A stretch of 64,000 nucleotides of DNA, taken from NCBI GenBank assembly GCA_012862495.1, contig BLSG01000059.1, positions 60,880 through 124,879 on the forward strand. Direction: 5' to 3'. Below, piece after piece: positions 33,231 through 44,494 of the stretch. The notes under the pieces are model-generated. The model did not search any database and was not told the DNA's origin. It saw only the letters and a list, made by a program, of their open reading frames with translations. Made by a program: the position numbers and the translations under genes. Positions within the stretch are counted from its first letter, which is position 1. Every line of letters begins with the position of its first letter. Source of the stretch: Thraustochytrium aureum (taxonomy: Eukaryota).

Positions 33231-34214
33231 CGCCTCAACCAAAAAAGGGCAAAAGGCAAAGCAATCATTCAGCTTTCCTTTGTTCTTTTGTCCTCTTTTT
33301 TTCTTTTGGGGGGTTTGGAACGAGAGGGGAAACGCTGATTTGTTGGCCCAATGTCGGGGCTTAGAGGTATTGTTCTTTTTGTTCGTTGTGAGGGTGAGAA
33401 GCGTTGTGAGGCGGGAGGGGTGGGAGGGAGAGCGTGGAGGGAAAATTCCTGTTGGTGAGGAGGGACGCGGAGAACAACGAGTTGATCGGTTGGGGCCTCG
33501 CGCTCGCTGGCGTTCGAGCGGCGCCGCTGTGGACGAGGCCGCTGTGGTCGAGGCCGCTGGTGGCTGGGGCTCGCAGGCACCGTCCGGCGCTCTTGCTTCG
33601 CCTGTGTCGCGCAGAGGCTGGTTGCTTGGTGCAGTTGTTTCGGTCCGCGGGGTTGTGACTGGCGTTTTCGTGCCAGACCGACTACCATTCGTCAGGGTCT
33701 TCACCATCTTCAGACGTAGCGCTCTGTTCGCCACGGTGCTCCTGTCGCGCGCAGAGATGTCCCGTTGCAGGCTGCTGCGACACACCACCGTGGTCAACAA
33801 CAACGGCATCCTTGCCACACCAACTCTTGCGCAGGCCTCAAACCTCCGGGCTGATTGAATGCATGCAACGCAGGCAGGAGCGCACGCAGGCAGGCAGGAG
33901 CGCACGCAGGCAGGCAGGCGCTCGACAGACGACAGCCGCCGCGGCCGCGCTGGGTCGCCGTCCGGGCCGAAACAGCTTCCAAAGAAAGGGCATAACACCA
34001 CCTCAACAGGTGATGAAACTGTGATTCACTCTCGAAAGGGCTTCCGTGGCTCCAGCAGTGCGTGAATGCCAGCAGGCCGTGGCAGGGCAGGACAAGGCGG
34101 CGCGGCGTTGGGCTTGGGCCTGTGCAGCGCTCGCGACGGCAGCAGAGTGTGCGGCTGCTCAAGCGGCCTTGCTTTCGTCGGGCAGCTCGGCGTCTCCGCA
34201 CAGTCGATCCGGAG

Positions 34215-35612
34215 ATGATGATGCTGCGCTCAAAATGGGGCGCGCTGGGGACGGCGGCCGCGACGCGGCTGAAGCTTGGCGCGCGGGGGGCGCGACTGCT
34301 GACGAGCGGAGGGGAGAGTGGTGACGGCCTGCTGCTGAGCAAGGTTGCGGCGAGGACGCAGATGATGAAGGACTGGGAAAAGGACTTGCAGGGTAACATG
34401 GAGCTGGTCAACACCAACGTGCTTGACGCCCTGGAAGAACTGGAGTCACTCCGGCACAACGCGCCCATGTGGCAGTGCGCGTTCTCGGCCTTGCGCGGCA
34501 TCGCCACGTCCAAGAATAAGCACATGTTTCGTCCGCAACTGGTGTTTCTCGGGTTTGCCGCCGCAGCACAAGACAAGGACCTCGCCGCGCTCGAGAAGTC
34601 GTGCCCCAATGAGCTGATCGAGTTCGCTGCTGGCGTCGAACTCCAGCACTTGTTCATGCTCGTGCACGACGACTTGATGGACCACGCGGTAACGCGGCGC
34701 GGGCAAGACACGATCCAGGTGGCCTTGTCCCGCGGCAACCCCGGTGATGCAAAGCGGGGCGCAGCCAACAGTGTCCCGCGCGAAACCGTCGACCACTTGA
34801 CGACACTCGTCGGTGACGTGCTCCAGGCCAAAAGCTCTCAACTCATGGCCTCGGGCGAGCGCAGCCTGTTGGTCTTGTCCTCCAGATCGTTCAGCGACCT
34901 TGATTTGGTCTCGAGGTTCCCAAGCGCGACGGACGCCATCCTGGAAGGTGCGTTTCGGGCCGGAGCCGCGCAGTTCGACGACATTCTCGGGTGGGGTAGC
35001 CAGGAACCCGCGCTCAAGCAGAACAGCGAGGCCGACAACTACCAGCACTTCGTGCGGTTGTTGTACGACAAAGCGTCGTACAACAGTTTTGCGGCTCCGC
35101 TCATCGCTGGCCTCCGCCTAGGGGCGATCCACTCACCGTGCACCGCCCTCAACTACCCAGCCGAGGGTGTCGAGTTTGCCTGCACGGACTGGGCAATGCG
35201 TGCTGGCGCCGCCTTTCAGGCCCTGGACGACGTAATGGACCTCGTTCTCGATACGAAAGAGAGCGGCAAGGACCGCCTACAAGACATCCAGGAAGGCAGG
35301 CTCAGCTTGCCGCTCTTTCTTCTTCGCCAACGGGCCTCCAGCGCAGAGTGGGCAGAGGTGCTCGATATCCTCGGTTCGCGCGCCGTCATGGCGCCGTCAG
35401 AAAGACACCTTCTGCTCAAACTGGTGAAAAAGTACAGCCTCACGGAAGCCGCGCTCGCCTTCGCGGATGACCAGCTCGTGCTTGCAAACAACGAATTGGA
35501 AGGGGAGTCGCTCAGCGACATTACGAACGGCGAATTGAGAAGGGGACTCCTTGCCTTTACGGACGGACTCGAGCACCTGTCGCGGTCGCTGCAAAAGCAC
35601 GCCAAGAAATAG
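34215..35612 (+). CDS. trans-Isoprenyl diphosphate synthase (probable GGPP synthase) with a mitochondrial-type presequence
   Basis: KHMFRPQL, FARM ELQHLFMLVHDDLMD..TRRG, GD, KASY, SARM FQALDDVMD, DIQEGRLSLP; Arg/Leu/Ala-rich N-terminus without acidic residues. Confidence 0.88.
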   Translation: MMMLRSKWGALGTAAATRLKLGARGARLLTSGGESGDGLLLSKVAARTQMMKDWEKDLQGNMELVNTNVLDALEELESLRHNAPMWQCAFSALRGIATSKNKHMFRPQLVFLGFAAAAQDKDLAALEKSCPNELIEFAAGVELQHLFMLVHDDLMDHAVTRRGQDTIQVALSRGNPGDAKRGAANSVPRETVDHLTTLVGDVLQAKSSQLMASGERSLLVLSSRSFSDLDLVSRFPSATDAILEGAFRAGAAQFDDILGWGSQEPALKQNSEADNYQHFVRLLYDKASYNSFAAPLIAGLRLGAIHSPCTALNYPAEGVEFACTDWAMRAGAAFQALDDVMDLVLDTKESGKDRLQDIQEGRLSLPLFLLRQRASSAEWAEVLDILGSRAVMAPSERHLLLKLVKKYSLTEAALAFADDQLVLANNELEGESLSDITNGELRRGLLAFTDGLEHLSRSLQKHAKK

Positions 35613-35888
35613 AGAGGCGCAACGACGGGGCGCGCTTTGGTTGCCTTCCTTGCATCGCAACTGAAGGTGAAAGTGGACGGGAGACTACGGAGAGGAGTAT
35701 ACCGTAGGTCAATCTTGGAACTATTTTGTGGGAACACTCTTATTTATAGATAAAAGGCTAGGGTACACGGCTGCCCACAAGCTGGCCAAGCGCGGGACAT
35801 GCACCGGATCGGGGCTCCAGTGCTCGGCGAGATTGGAACCTGGTCAGGTTCTCGTTGCGTGCCAGACTAGACTCACGCCCGACTCTCT

Positions 35889-36038
35889 CCCTCTCTAGAG
35901 CTAGCTTGGGCAACTGCCTTGACGCAGCCTCTTCCGCCTCGACTCTCGCTAGAGCTAGGGCAACTGCATTGACGCAGCCTCTTCCGCCTCGACTCTCGCT
36001 AGAGCTAGAGCAACTGCTTTGACGGAGCCTCTTCCGCC
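35889..36038. repeat. Three-copy 50-bp tandem repeat spanning the SLC44 stop codon
   Basis: GACGSAGCCTCTTCCGCC recurs at 35921, 35971 and 36021; the unit includes CTAGAGCTAG and CAACTGC. Confidence 0.9.
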
Positions 36039-38566
36039 GCGGCCTCCACCGGCTCCTCGTCCTCCTCAGCGACCGCCTTGCGCTCGGCCTGCTGGCTCTT
36101 GAAGACCTTGTTGCTCTTCTTCGCGATGCGCTTGAGCGCGTTGCTCATGTAGTACGGCTTGTTCACGGACCCGTCGTTGTGCTTTTCATCCTCGCAAAAG
36201 GAGATCAGAATGGTGTCCACCGTCAGCCCGTACACAGACATAAAGAGCCCGCCCACAAACCAGGCCAACATGGCAGCCACGACGACCGGAATCAGCACAG
36301 TAGATGGGGCGTCCTCGTCCACCAGGAACGTGGTCACGCAGACCCAGCAGAGACCGCCCGACCCGACGGCGATGACTAGTTTTGCAAAGAGCATGATGAG
36401 GTTGTTGATCGCCGTGAGCACGCCAATCTTGGCCAAGTTGTTCAGGAGCAGGAAAAAGCCGTCCTTGGTCGCCGTGCAAAAGCTCGAGCCCTTGAGCGCG
36501 ATCTGGATGTAAGCGTGCTTGGTGACAAACTTGAGAATCTTCTCAAAGCACCAGAGGCAGCACTGGACGACCTTCATGAGGATCTTCACAACCTTGTTCT
36601 TCTTCTGCAAGCTCTGCGTCTGCTTGTCCAGGTAGGCGAGCGCCGCGCGAATGAGCTGGACAACCGCGATAATGAACGAACCGAAGATGAGGCTGCCGAG
36701 GTGGAACCGCAACGTGCGCAAAAAGGCGCGCCAAACCGGGAGGCGCCCCATCTTGCTGGCCTTTTCGTTCTCAAACTCAGAGGCCCAGTAGTAGCTGCTC
36801 ACGGCGCCGGCAATCGTGCAGGCGCTGACGGCCTGAATCAGCTGGTTGGTCCACAGGAACGCGAAAAAGTTGTACACCCAGAGCCAGGTGTTGAGGTCGC
36901 TGCTGGCAAACTCGTTCACAAGGATGCTGCCCACGCTCGCAGCCGCATCGGTAACGTTGATCTCGTCAAGACGCCGGCTGCTCGTTAGATTTGCAGCGAT
37001 CTCGAACCCAGGGAGCTCTTTGGGCGCGATCGTCCCCGACGAGGAGATCAGCATGCTTACATAGACCCAGTAGACACCGATTGCAAGCGAGGCTGCGACG
37101 GTGCCAAGCGGCATCACCATCAGCATCGGCATGACGGCAACCACCTTGGTGGCTTCCTTGAGGATTTGCACAGCGAGGCGGATTTTACGCGACAGCGAGA
37201 GCACCAGGATGAGATAGACCCCGGTGACCCCCACCATGACGTATCCCGAGATCCGGTAGGCCTTTTCAGTGGACGCGTCTTGCTCGCCAAAAATGTCCAT
37301 CGACTTGATGACCTCTTCCGCGGCCGCTTCGCCCGCAGTCGAGTTGGCCGACGAGAAAACGTTGAAAATCTCCGTCAGCGCTGCGGTGTCGATGACCTTG
37401 CCGTATATAAGCAGCTGGCAAGACAGAACCGCCAGACACAAGAGCAGCGCCCAAATCACCGTCCACACGAAAACTCCTGCAAAGTAGCGGAGCAGGACCA
37501 TCCAAACAGCGCTGATGATAACGGCGCCACCGGCCCCAGCCAAGAGGATCCAGGTCGACGCCAACGAGATGTCGCCCATCCAGCGCGTCAGCTGCGCCGT
37601 CCATGAGTTGACCTGCTCGAATACCGGGTTTGGCGTCACCTCCAGCACGGACACGCTCGATGTCACGCTTCGCGCCTTGCACGACTTGTCGCCAGGATCC
37701 ATCGGCCTGCCACTCTCGTCGTTTACCGGGTCGAGGCAAGTACCGCAGTGCTTGTGTGTGGCAGGACGAGCTACATCCTTGTCGTCCTTCTTCATGGTGC
37801 CCGCCTTCTCTCCGATGCTCTCAAGGTACGGTGACACCAGGCACGTCGCGTTTTCTTGGGTCTCCGGGACGCATCGGAAAAACAGCGAACGCTCCTTGAC
37901 ATACATCTTGAAGCACCCTGCAAGGATCTTTTTGCACTCGACCGGGTCGTCTTCGCCGCTTATGAGCGATGTGTCCGGCATCAGCAGCTCGCCGAACGAG
38001 CCGCCGTAAGAATGCTTGACGTTGAGACACTCGTTGAAGGCGTTCCTGCCCCGAATGGAGAGAATGGTCTCGTCTGGCCTTTTCTCGTCCGTCGAGGTAG
38101 GGAACTTGAGGTTCATGTAGTCCGTCGTCTTGTAATCGCACACAATGTCTCTGATTTGCCCGTCCGCGTCGTGGTCCTGCGTTCCCTCCGGGCAGGAATT
38201 TACGCACAGGCCAAAAAAGGGAATGTCAAGCACTTCCGCCGGGTTGCTCAGGTCAACGCCATTCTGAACAGCTTGAGCAAAGTCCTTGTCAACACGCGGG
38301 TACGTGATAAACTTGCCGCACGGTTTCCCGCCGGAGCAGACAGAGTCTTTGCCGCCGCATTGGTTGCCAAAGGCATCCACCCCATAAAGCAGTCGAGAGG
38401 CGTCGCCGTTCTGGTAGCCGACAATGAAGACGCCAACATTGCCAACCCAGAACGCGATAAAAATCAGGAGCCAAAGCACGTCGCGGCACTTGCGTTCGCT
38501 CCAGGGTTTGAGAATCGGCGCCGCCTTCTCGTTCACATCCGTCACTTTGCTGCTCTTGCACCCCAT
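36005..38566 (-). CDS. Choline transporter-like protein (SLC44/CTL family), 853 aa
   Basis: RKCRDVLWLLIF, RLLYGVDAFGNQCG, Cys-rich ectodomain (CVNSCP), FHLGSLIFGS, CCLWCFEKILKF, AYIQIA..G.SFC, DTILISFCED; N-terminal MGCKSSK acylation motif. Confidence 0.95.
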   Translation of the reverse strand: MGCKSSKVTDVNEKAAPILKPWSERKCRDVLWLLIFIAFWVGNVGVFIVGYQNGDASRLLYGVDAFGNQCGGKDSVCSGGKPCGKFITYPRVDKDFAQAVQNGVDLSNPAEVLDIPFFGLCVNSCPEGTQDHDADGQIRDIVCDYKTTDYMNLKFPTSTDEKRPDETILSIRGRNAFNECLNVKHSYGGSFGELLMPDTSLISGEDDPVECKKILAGCFKMYVKERSLFFRCVPETQENATCLVSPYLESIGEKAGTMKKDDKDVARPATHKHCGTCLDPVNDESGRPMDPGDKSCKARSVTSSVSVLEVTPNPVFEQVNSWTAQLTRWMGDISLASTWILLAGAGGAVIISAVWMVLLRYFAGVFVWTVIWALLLCLAVLSCQLLIYGKVIDTAALTEIFNVFSSANSTAGEAAAEEVIKSMDIFGEQDASTEKAYRISGYVMVGVTGVYLILVLSLSRKIRLAVQILKEATKVVAVMPMLMVMPLGTVAASLAIGVYWVYVSMLISSSGTIAPKELPGFEIAANLTSSRRLDEINVTDAAASVGSILVNEFASSDLNTWLWVYNFFAFLWTNQLIQAVSACTIAGAVSSYYWASEFENEKASKMGRLPVWRAFLRTLRFHLGSLIFGSFIIAVVQLIRAALAYLDKQTQSLQKKNKVVKILMKVVQCCLWCFEKILKFVTKHAYIQIALKGSSFCTATKDGFFLLLNNLAKIGVLTAINNLIMLFAKLVIAVGSGGLCWVCVTTFLVDEDAPSTVLIPVVVAAMLAWFVGGLFMSVYGLTVDTILISFCEDEKHNDGSVNKPYYMSNALKRIAKKSNKVFKSQQAERKAVAEEDEEPVEAAAEEAPSKQLL

Positions 38567-39457
38567 TGCGCCAAGCCACCTATATCTATACCTCTACCGT
38601 GACCCGCCTTGCACCTGCGCGCGGTCCGCCTCGCTCCTGCCTCCCTCTGGCCCCGTCAAGCCCTGCCCTGCTCAACGCGCGGCTCGGACGAAACGCCAGC
38701 ACGCGCCGCCTACTGCAACCCGCCACGCTTCCGGAATAGCTGACTGCTCGCTGGAGACAGCTGAGCGCGCTTCAGTCGCCTGAAAGTCGCCTGAAACGGA
38801 GCTGCTATGCATGAATGCATGCAGAGCCCGCCAGCCGCGCCAAGCGAGCTTTCGGCATCCAACGGATAGCGGCGCCTCTCGCGTATGGCAACCTACTTAC
38901 TCGGTTGCTTCCGAGTGCAAGGGGCCGCTGGCCAGCACTCGATCTACTCGTTTTTATTAAGTAGAGAAGAAGGCGCATCGCTGTGGCAGCCCGGCCGACG
39001 AGCAGGAACGAGCAAGAACGAGCAGCGCGCGGCGAGCGCCGTCAGGTTTGCTCGCGCGGCTGCAACGCTGCGAAAGTGGAGACAACCAGTCACCTGCACT
39101 TCCTTCCGGGTGATTTGTTTGACTGAAATTTAATTAAAAGAAGAAGGCCCACGGTCTTCTCCGAAAGAGCTTGCGCTAGAGCGCTCAGAGTAGAGGCGAA
39201 CGAGAGCGCGGCTACTCCATCGCCGCTTGCCCGCCCTCCCGACTCTTCAACGCCCAACGGACCCAACGGCTAGTTAGAGGGCGCGTGGACTTGAATCGAG
39301 TCTTTCATGAATCACGCTCTGTTCGGGACAGCAATGGCCTCACGTGGTTTAAAATGCAATCAGCACGACTCGCGCGCCACAGTGTCGAGCGAGGTTGGAT
39401 GCGGCTAGAGTCGAGGCGGCGCGGCGCAGAGCGAACTCGCTCTGCTCCGAACGGCCC

Positions 39458-39534
39458 AGCTGGCCTGTCTGTTGCCTTTTGTGGTGCGAAGCGAGCTGGC
39501 CTGTCTGCTGTCTTGCGTTGTGCGAAGCGAGCTC
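39458..39534. repeat. Two imperfect copies of a 36-bp unit (AGCTGGCCTGTCTG...GTGCGAAGCG)
   Basis: Direct duplication visible in the SLC44/channel intergenic region. Confidence 0.7.
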
Positions 39535-40060
39535 GGGCGCTTGAATGATCGCGCAACACCATACGCCGATGTGTACTGTGCTAATCGTTGTTGCTGCGCT
39601 CGCGATTGCCACGTGCTGCGAGAAAGTGACGCTCGCTTTTTGCGGTTGTTCGGCAACGGTTAGGACGGCGTGCAATTTGCTTTGCTTTGTGTTGTGCTTT
39701 CAAGAGGTTTCAAGCTGACCAGCGACGCCTCCGTCCCCGGGCCGTCCGTCATCGAAAGGGCGGCTCTCTGCAGAATTCCAGGTCGGTTGTGGGGGTGCAA
39801 GTGGAGGAGTCGCAGGACCGCAAGTCGCTCGACGTTGAGCGTCTGCTTGCAGGCAGACCCCACCAGATTGTGGCGCTCCTGCGCCGGCCGGCTCGGAGCG
39901 CAGCACAAGCGCCCCAAGACGCCGGCCAAGGAGCAGGTGCCCGAGCGCCATTGACCGCTTCTCCAAGGGCCGGCAAAGCCGAAAACGCTGGCGGCACTGG
40001 CGATCGAGCTCTCGCTCGCCTTGGCGCGCCAGCTCGAGCCACCTCAGCAGCAAAGCAACG

Positions 40061-43000
40061 ATGGTGCAGCACCGCACCAAGCCGCACCAGGGCTCTGGGC
40101 GCCGGCGCAGGTCGTCATACTCGGACGGTGTGCCAGGGGAAAGCGAGCTCGCCCAGGCTAGGATAGCGCGGCGCTTTTCGCAGGATAGCGAGGCAGGAGA
40201 CGATTCACGATCTTCAAAAGCGCCTGGAGCGGAATCAAACGACTTGCGCCGGAAGAGGTTCAAGCTGTACCTGGCGACGTCTTGGGTCGGGTTCTTCTTG
40301 GACGCAGTAAACGGCGTGTTTTCTGTAGCTTCCGTTATCCTGGTGATCGTCAATTTTTACTATCCAAGCGTGGTGATTCTCGACGTTCTTGATCTCATGG
40401 TCTGCTGCTTCTTTATGTGGGACTATGCCCTGCGCCTCTACCTCGCAGATAGCCGGTTCCAGCAGTTTATGGAGATGCAGTCGCTTGTCGACCTTCTCAC
40501 AGTCCTCCCGACCTTTGCGACTTATCACCTTAACCTGGACCAGCTCAACGCGTACAGTATGCCGACATACCTGTACTTTGCTCAGCAGTTTTGCCTGTAC
40601 TACATCCGGCTGCTGCGGCTGATGCGGCTTCGTCGCCTCATCTCATACTGGGATAGTGAAGGCACTCGAGAGATCGCCCTGACGATTCTTAGCCTCTTTA
40701 ACGCTCTCGTGTTTCTGGCAGCAGCTCTGTACAGCGTGGAGAACTACTTTCGACGGGAGATGTTCGTGGGCACCTTGGAATACCACGACTACTTTTACTT
40801 CCTCGTCGTAACACTCTCTACTGTGGGCTACGGTGAGATCAGCATGGTGACCGTGCCCGGGAAGATGCTCGTGGCTGGGAGCATTTGTCTTGCGCTGTTC
40901 TACATCCCAAAGTCGACGAACCGGATCTTGCGAAACCTGGGTGGAAGGTCGATCTACACAACGAAGGTCTACTACCCATCCTCTACAATGAGCCATGTCC
41001 TTGTCACAGGATACATCGACGAGGTGTCGGCGCGCGACTTTCTCAAGGAGATCTTTCACTCGGACCACGGGAACTCCAACCTGCACGTGGTCTTCCTGGT
41101 GCAAGGCCAGCCCTCGAGCGCGCTGCTGGCTTTGCTAGAAGGGCCAGAGTACCGCTCGTTGACCACGTACCTGAACGGGAGCCCGCTTAATGACAAAGAC
41201 CTCAAGCGAGCAGCTGCAGCGGCCGCCAGTGCGTGCTTTATCCTTACGAACAAGTACAGTACGCGGTCGCCAAAGCAAGACGCGGTTTCCATTCTCAAGG
41301 CCCTGTCTGTCAAGCGATACGTGCTCCGCGAGGCGAGCATGGACCTTTTGGTCTGCGTCCAGTTCATTCGACCCGAGAGCAAGCACTTGTACGCGATCAG
41401 TAGGGCCAGCATTCCTTGCACTTTGACGGACCAGGTGATCAGCATCGAGCAGATCAAGATGGATATATTTGCCAAAAGCTGCCTTTGCCCGGGCTTTAAC
41501 ACCGTCGTTAGCAACCTTATCGGGTCCATGGAGGAAGAAGATGAGGACGAGCCGCAGGAGAGCCTCAGCGTTGGAGATATCACCTTTGAGGAAGACGAGG
41601 AGGAACTCAGCATCTTGGAGGCCAAGCGTGTTATTACGGGCAAGCTGAACACCCGCAGGATCATCTCCGGCAAACTAGCATCCTCTCCGCTCGCAAGCAA
41701 GGGTCTAGGTTTGTTCGTGGGTTCCCCTTCTCCCAAGGTTGCGCCGGGGCCGTTCTACGGCAAACATCGTTTGTCAAACGCCACGGGGATGCAGCGGCAA
41801 TGGCTCGAAGAGTACAAGCGCGGTAGCAGCTACGAAATCTACCGCACAAAGCTCCACCCGGTATTTCGCGGCACGCCCTTCACGGACCTCGTAGAGGTAG
41901 CCTACCGCCGACTTGGCGTGCTAATCTTTGCGCTGGACATGCAAGCGCCTATCTCAGGACGGCAACGCGTCATACTTAACCCCGGACCCATGCTGATTCC
42001 CGACACTACAGAGCGCATGGTTCACGCTTTCGTCATTGCGCGAGACGAGACAGAAGCAGATTTCAGCTTCGAATCCACAGTCGCCAATGTCCAGGCCACC
42101 CAACTTATGCTCCGGGAGCTTCGAAGCCGGCGAAATCAGCTCAACAGGACTGAAAATAGCAACGCCAAAGCCGCAGAACACCGTCCTGGGCACCCAAGCA
42201 AGGACCGAAAGGCGTCCAAGGAAAGAGGCGCGGGTTATTGGTCCGCTTTCAAGTCAGACTTGCACGGCAAGCCCGAGGAGATTGAGCCAACGCAAGACAA
42301 AGAGCACCTCCACATGACGACGACAAGCACAAGTCTGAGCAAGGCAACGATTCGCACCTCCGTCGAACAAGAGCTTCCGAGCCTCCGTGATCACATTGTT
42401 GTGGTGGGCCCGCTCGACAACGTCACCGCTTTTGTTCGCACGTTGAGGTCGAAGCACCTCTTCTCAATCACCCCGATTGTCATTCTCGCAAGCAGCCCGC
42501 CCTCGTCAAAGCTCTGGAGCAGCGTCTCGCGCTTCCCGCTCCTCTTTTACGTACAGGGGAATCCGTTTGAGGAGCGAGACCTCATCCGAGCCGGGATCAA
42601 AGTCGCGCGGTGTGCCGTGATAGCCGCGACCATGCCGCACGGGGAAGACGGCTCAAATCGAAAGAGCATGCTTCGCGACGCTAACGGCATCCTTGCGCGC
42701 CAGACGATACTGCGGCTCAACCCGGGAATGTCGCTCGTTGTCGAGGTCTCAAACAGCGCCAACCTGGGCCTCTTGAGCGAACTTCGTTCAAATCACAGGG
42801 ACAAGGTGGCCGTCGCGTCGCAGGAACTTGACTTGGCTGTCCAGAAACGGATCGACGATGTTGACTGCATCCTCCACGTCCTCGAGCTTCAAAAGGCCAA
42901 AAGGGACCATCTCGAGTCAAACAATCTTGCGGCGCTTGCGTCCGGCGCAGTGTTTACGGCGTCAACGCTTGACGTCTTGCTGTGCCAGAGCTTTTTTAAC

Positions 43001-43888
43001 CCCCACCTCCTCGGCGTTCTCCAGATCCTCATTTCTGGCACAGACTTTCCACACCTCCAGTCGCTCAAGGACGAGCTTGTGGAGGAGTTGGGAAGCTTTG
43101 AGGAATCCAACCTGTACCAAGTAGCGGTCCCGCGCGAGTTTGTGGGTCGCGCCTACGGCAAGCTGCTCAAGTTTTTGGTGCTACGGAACGCTGCGGTGCC
43201 GCTCGGTTTGTATCGGTGCGTGCTCCCTCCGAAACCCCATCACGCGCGCTCGAGTTTTTCCGCCTCATCAGGGGGCGGCTTCCTGAGGCGCTATGTCTTC
43301 ACGAATCCAACTTCGGACACGATCCTGCGTGCAGACGACTTGGTCTACGTGCTGTCGCCGCACCCACCAACTGAGGATAGGGTGGACATGACAGAGGCTA
43401 TTTTGCGAGAAGCCGAGTGTAAGGAAGCCGTGGCAGGTGCCGCGGGCCAGGTCGTACTTGGCGGCGAGCTTCTCAGTGCAACACAAGTGACAACGGTTAA
43501 ATCGCGCCTCGACGCAGAGCTCGCCAGAGCGGAGCGAGATATCCGCCGTCTACAGCGAGCCAAGCTCAAAATCGAAGCGATCGAGGCCAAAGCGATCCAT
43601 GCCCGGTTGTCGGCCACCGATCTTAGTTCGGTTCCAACCATAGCCGAGGATGTCGAGCACAAACTCCCGCACGACGAGGGCTCGAGCTTCAAGCCGCACG
43701 CGCGAGTGGCGAATCTCGAGAGCGCGTTGCGCATCATGCCCATCACGATCCAAATGGGCGCTGGCCTTGCACCTGGCCCAGAGCAGAGTGCCCTTGGCAG
43801 CGACGCAACGGAGGCTCATGGGAACGACACAATGGAAAAAGGCATCATCCCTCAACAGCCAGTTGTTCGTGATGAGGAGCTCGAGTAG
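40061..43888 (+). CDS. Slo/BK-family potassium channel alpha subunit (6TM plus two RCK domains), 1275 aa
   Basis: S4 IRLLRLMRLRRL, pore TLSTVGYGE, RCK1 HVLVTG..FLKEIFHSDH..YLNGSPL..DL.RA, AKSCLCPG, RCK2 DHIVVVG..QGNP...DL.RAG, SGAVF, PLGLYR..YVFTNP. Confidence 0.93.
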   Translation: MVQHRTKPHQGSGRRRRSSYSDGVPGESELAQARIARRFSQDSEAGDDSRSSKAPGAESNDLRRKRFKLYLATSWVGFFLDAVNGVFSVASVILVIVNFYYPSVVILDVLDLMVCCFFMWDYALRLYLADSRFQQFMEMQSLVDLLTVLPTFATYHLNLDQLNAYSMPTYLYFAQQFCLYYIRLLRLMRLRRLISYWDSEGTREIALTILSLFNALVFLAAALYSVENYFRREMFVGTLEYHDYFYFLVVTLSTVGYGEISMVTVPGKMLVAGSICLALFYIPKSTNRILRNLGGRSIYTTKVYYPSSTMSHVLVTGYIDEVSARDFLKEIFHSDHGNSNLHVVFLVQGQPSSALLALLEGPEYRSLTTYLNGSPLNDKDLKRAAAAAASACFILTNKYSTRSPKQDAVSILKALSVKRYVLREASMDLLVCVQFIRPESKHLYAISRASIPCTLTDQVISIEQIKMDIFAKSCLCPGFNTVVSNLIGSMEEEDEDEPQESLSVGDITFEEDEEELSILEAKRVITGKLNTRRIISGKLASSPLASKGLGLFVGSPSPKVAPGPFYGKHRLSNATGMQRQWLEEYKRGSSYEIYRTKLHPVFRGTPFTDLVEVAYRRLGVLIFALDMQAPISGRQRVILNPGPMLIPDTTERMVHAFVIARDETEADFSFESTVANVQATQLMLRELRSRRNQLNRTENSNAKAAEHRPGHPSKDRKASKERGAGYWSAFKSDLHGKPEEIEPTQDKEHLHMTTTSTSLSKATIRTSVEQELPSLRDHIVVVGPLDNVTAFVRTLRSKHLFSITPIVILASSPPSSKLWSSVSRFPLLFYVQGNPFEERDLIRAGIKVARCAVIAATMPHGEDGSNRKSMLRDANGILARQTILRLNPGMSLVVEVSNSANLGLLSELRSNHRDKVAVASQELDLAVQKRIDDVDCILHVLELQKAKRDHLESNNLAALASGAVFTASTLDVLLCQSFFNPHLLGVLQILISGTDFPHLQSLKDELVEELGSFEESNLYQVAVPREFVGRAYGKLLKFLVLRNAAVPLGLYRCVLPPKPHHARSSFSASSGGGFLRRYVFTNPTSDTILRADDLVYVLSPHPPTEDRVDMTEAILREAECKEAVAGAAGQVVLGGELLSATQVTTVKSRLDAELARAERDIRRLQRAKLKIEAIEAKAIHARLSATDLSSVPTIAEDVEHKLPHDEGSSFKPHARVANLESALRIMPITIQMGAGLAPGPEQSALGSDATEAHGNDTMEKGIIPQQPVVRDEELE

Positions 43889-44494
43889 CACCGGGACCGC
43901 CGCGCCATGTCCCTCGACGTCAGCCCGCCTTTTAAGTAAAAAGGAGGACAAAAGGCAAGCCTCTCCCGCCTGTGCGTGAGAAATGTGCCGGTCCTCGAGG
44001 AGGCCACCGCGTACTGCTCGTTTGAGAACGACCTCATGAGACTCGCGACGAAGGAGCCAATTTTCTTGATCAAAAGAAACCTGTTTATCTGCTGCCCATT
44101 GGTGCTCCTCATGTAGACGTGGCCTCGTTGTTGTTCCAATCAATGGGCGACGTCTTCGCTGGTATCAGCAGTTGGCAGCTTTGGCGATTTGCCACATGTT
44201 GCGTGCGGTGGGTGCGCCTGCTCCACATCCGACGGGTCTGCTCCCTTCCATTTCACTCATCTTGTACTATGAAAAAGGTGCCAGACCAGAAAGATACAGA
44301 TTCTTGCATGGAAGCCGACCGACCACAAGCAGACACCCAATGCGCAGCCGCAGCAGCAGCAGCAGCAGGAGGAGCAGGAGGCGAAGGAGCAGCAGGAGAG
44401 CGAGTTTGGTGGGCACGGGTGCGGCTCGGCGCAGGGCTTGATAGAAAAGGATTCGTGGCCTGGCGCGGTTGCGGACGCGGGACAGGCAGAAAGA

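Noticed and set aside
35889..36038. CRISPR-like array in this or other tandem repeats
   Set aside because: The units are contiguous with no unique spacers, there are no cas genes, and the context is eukaryotic.
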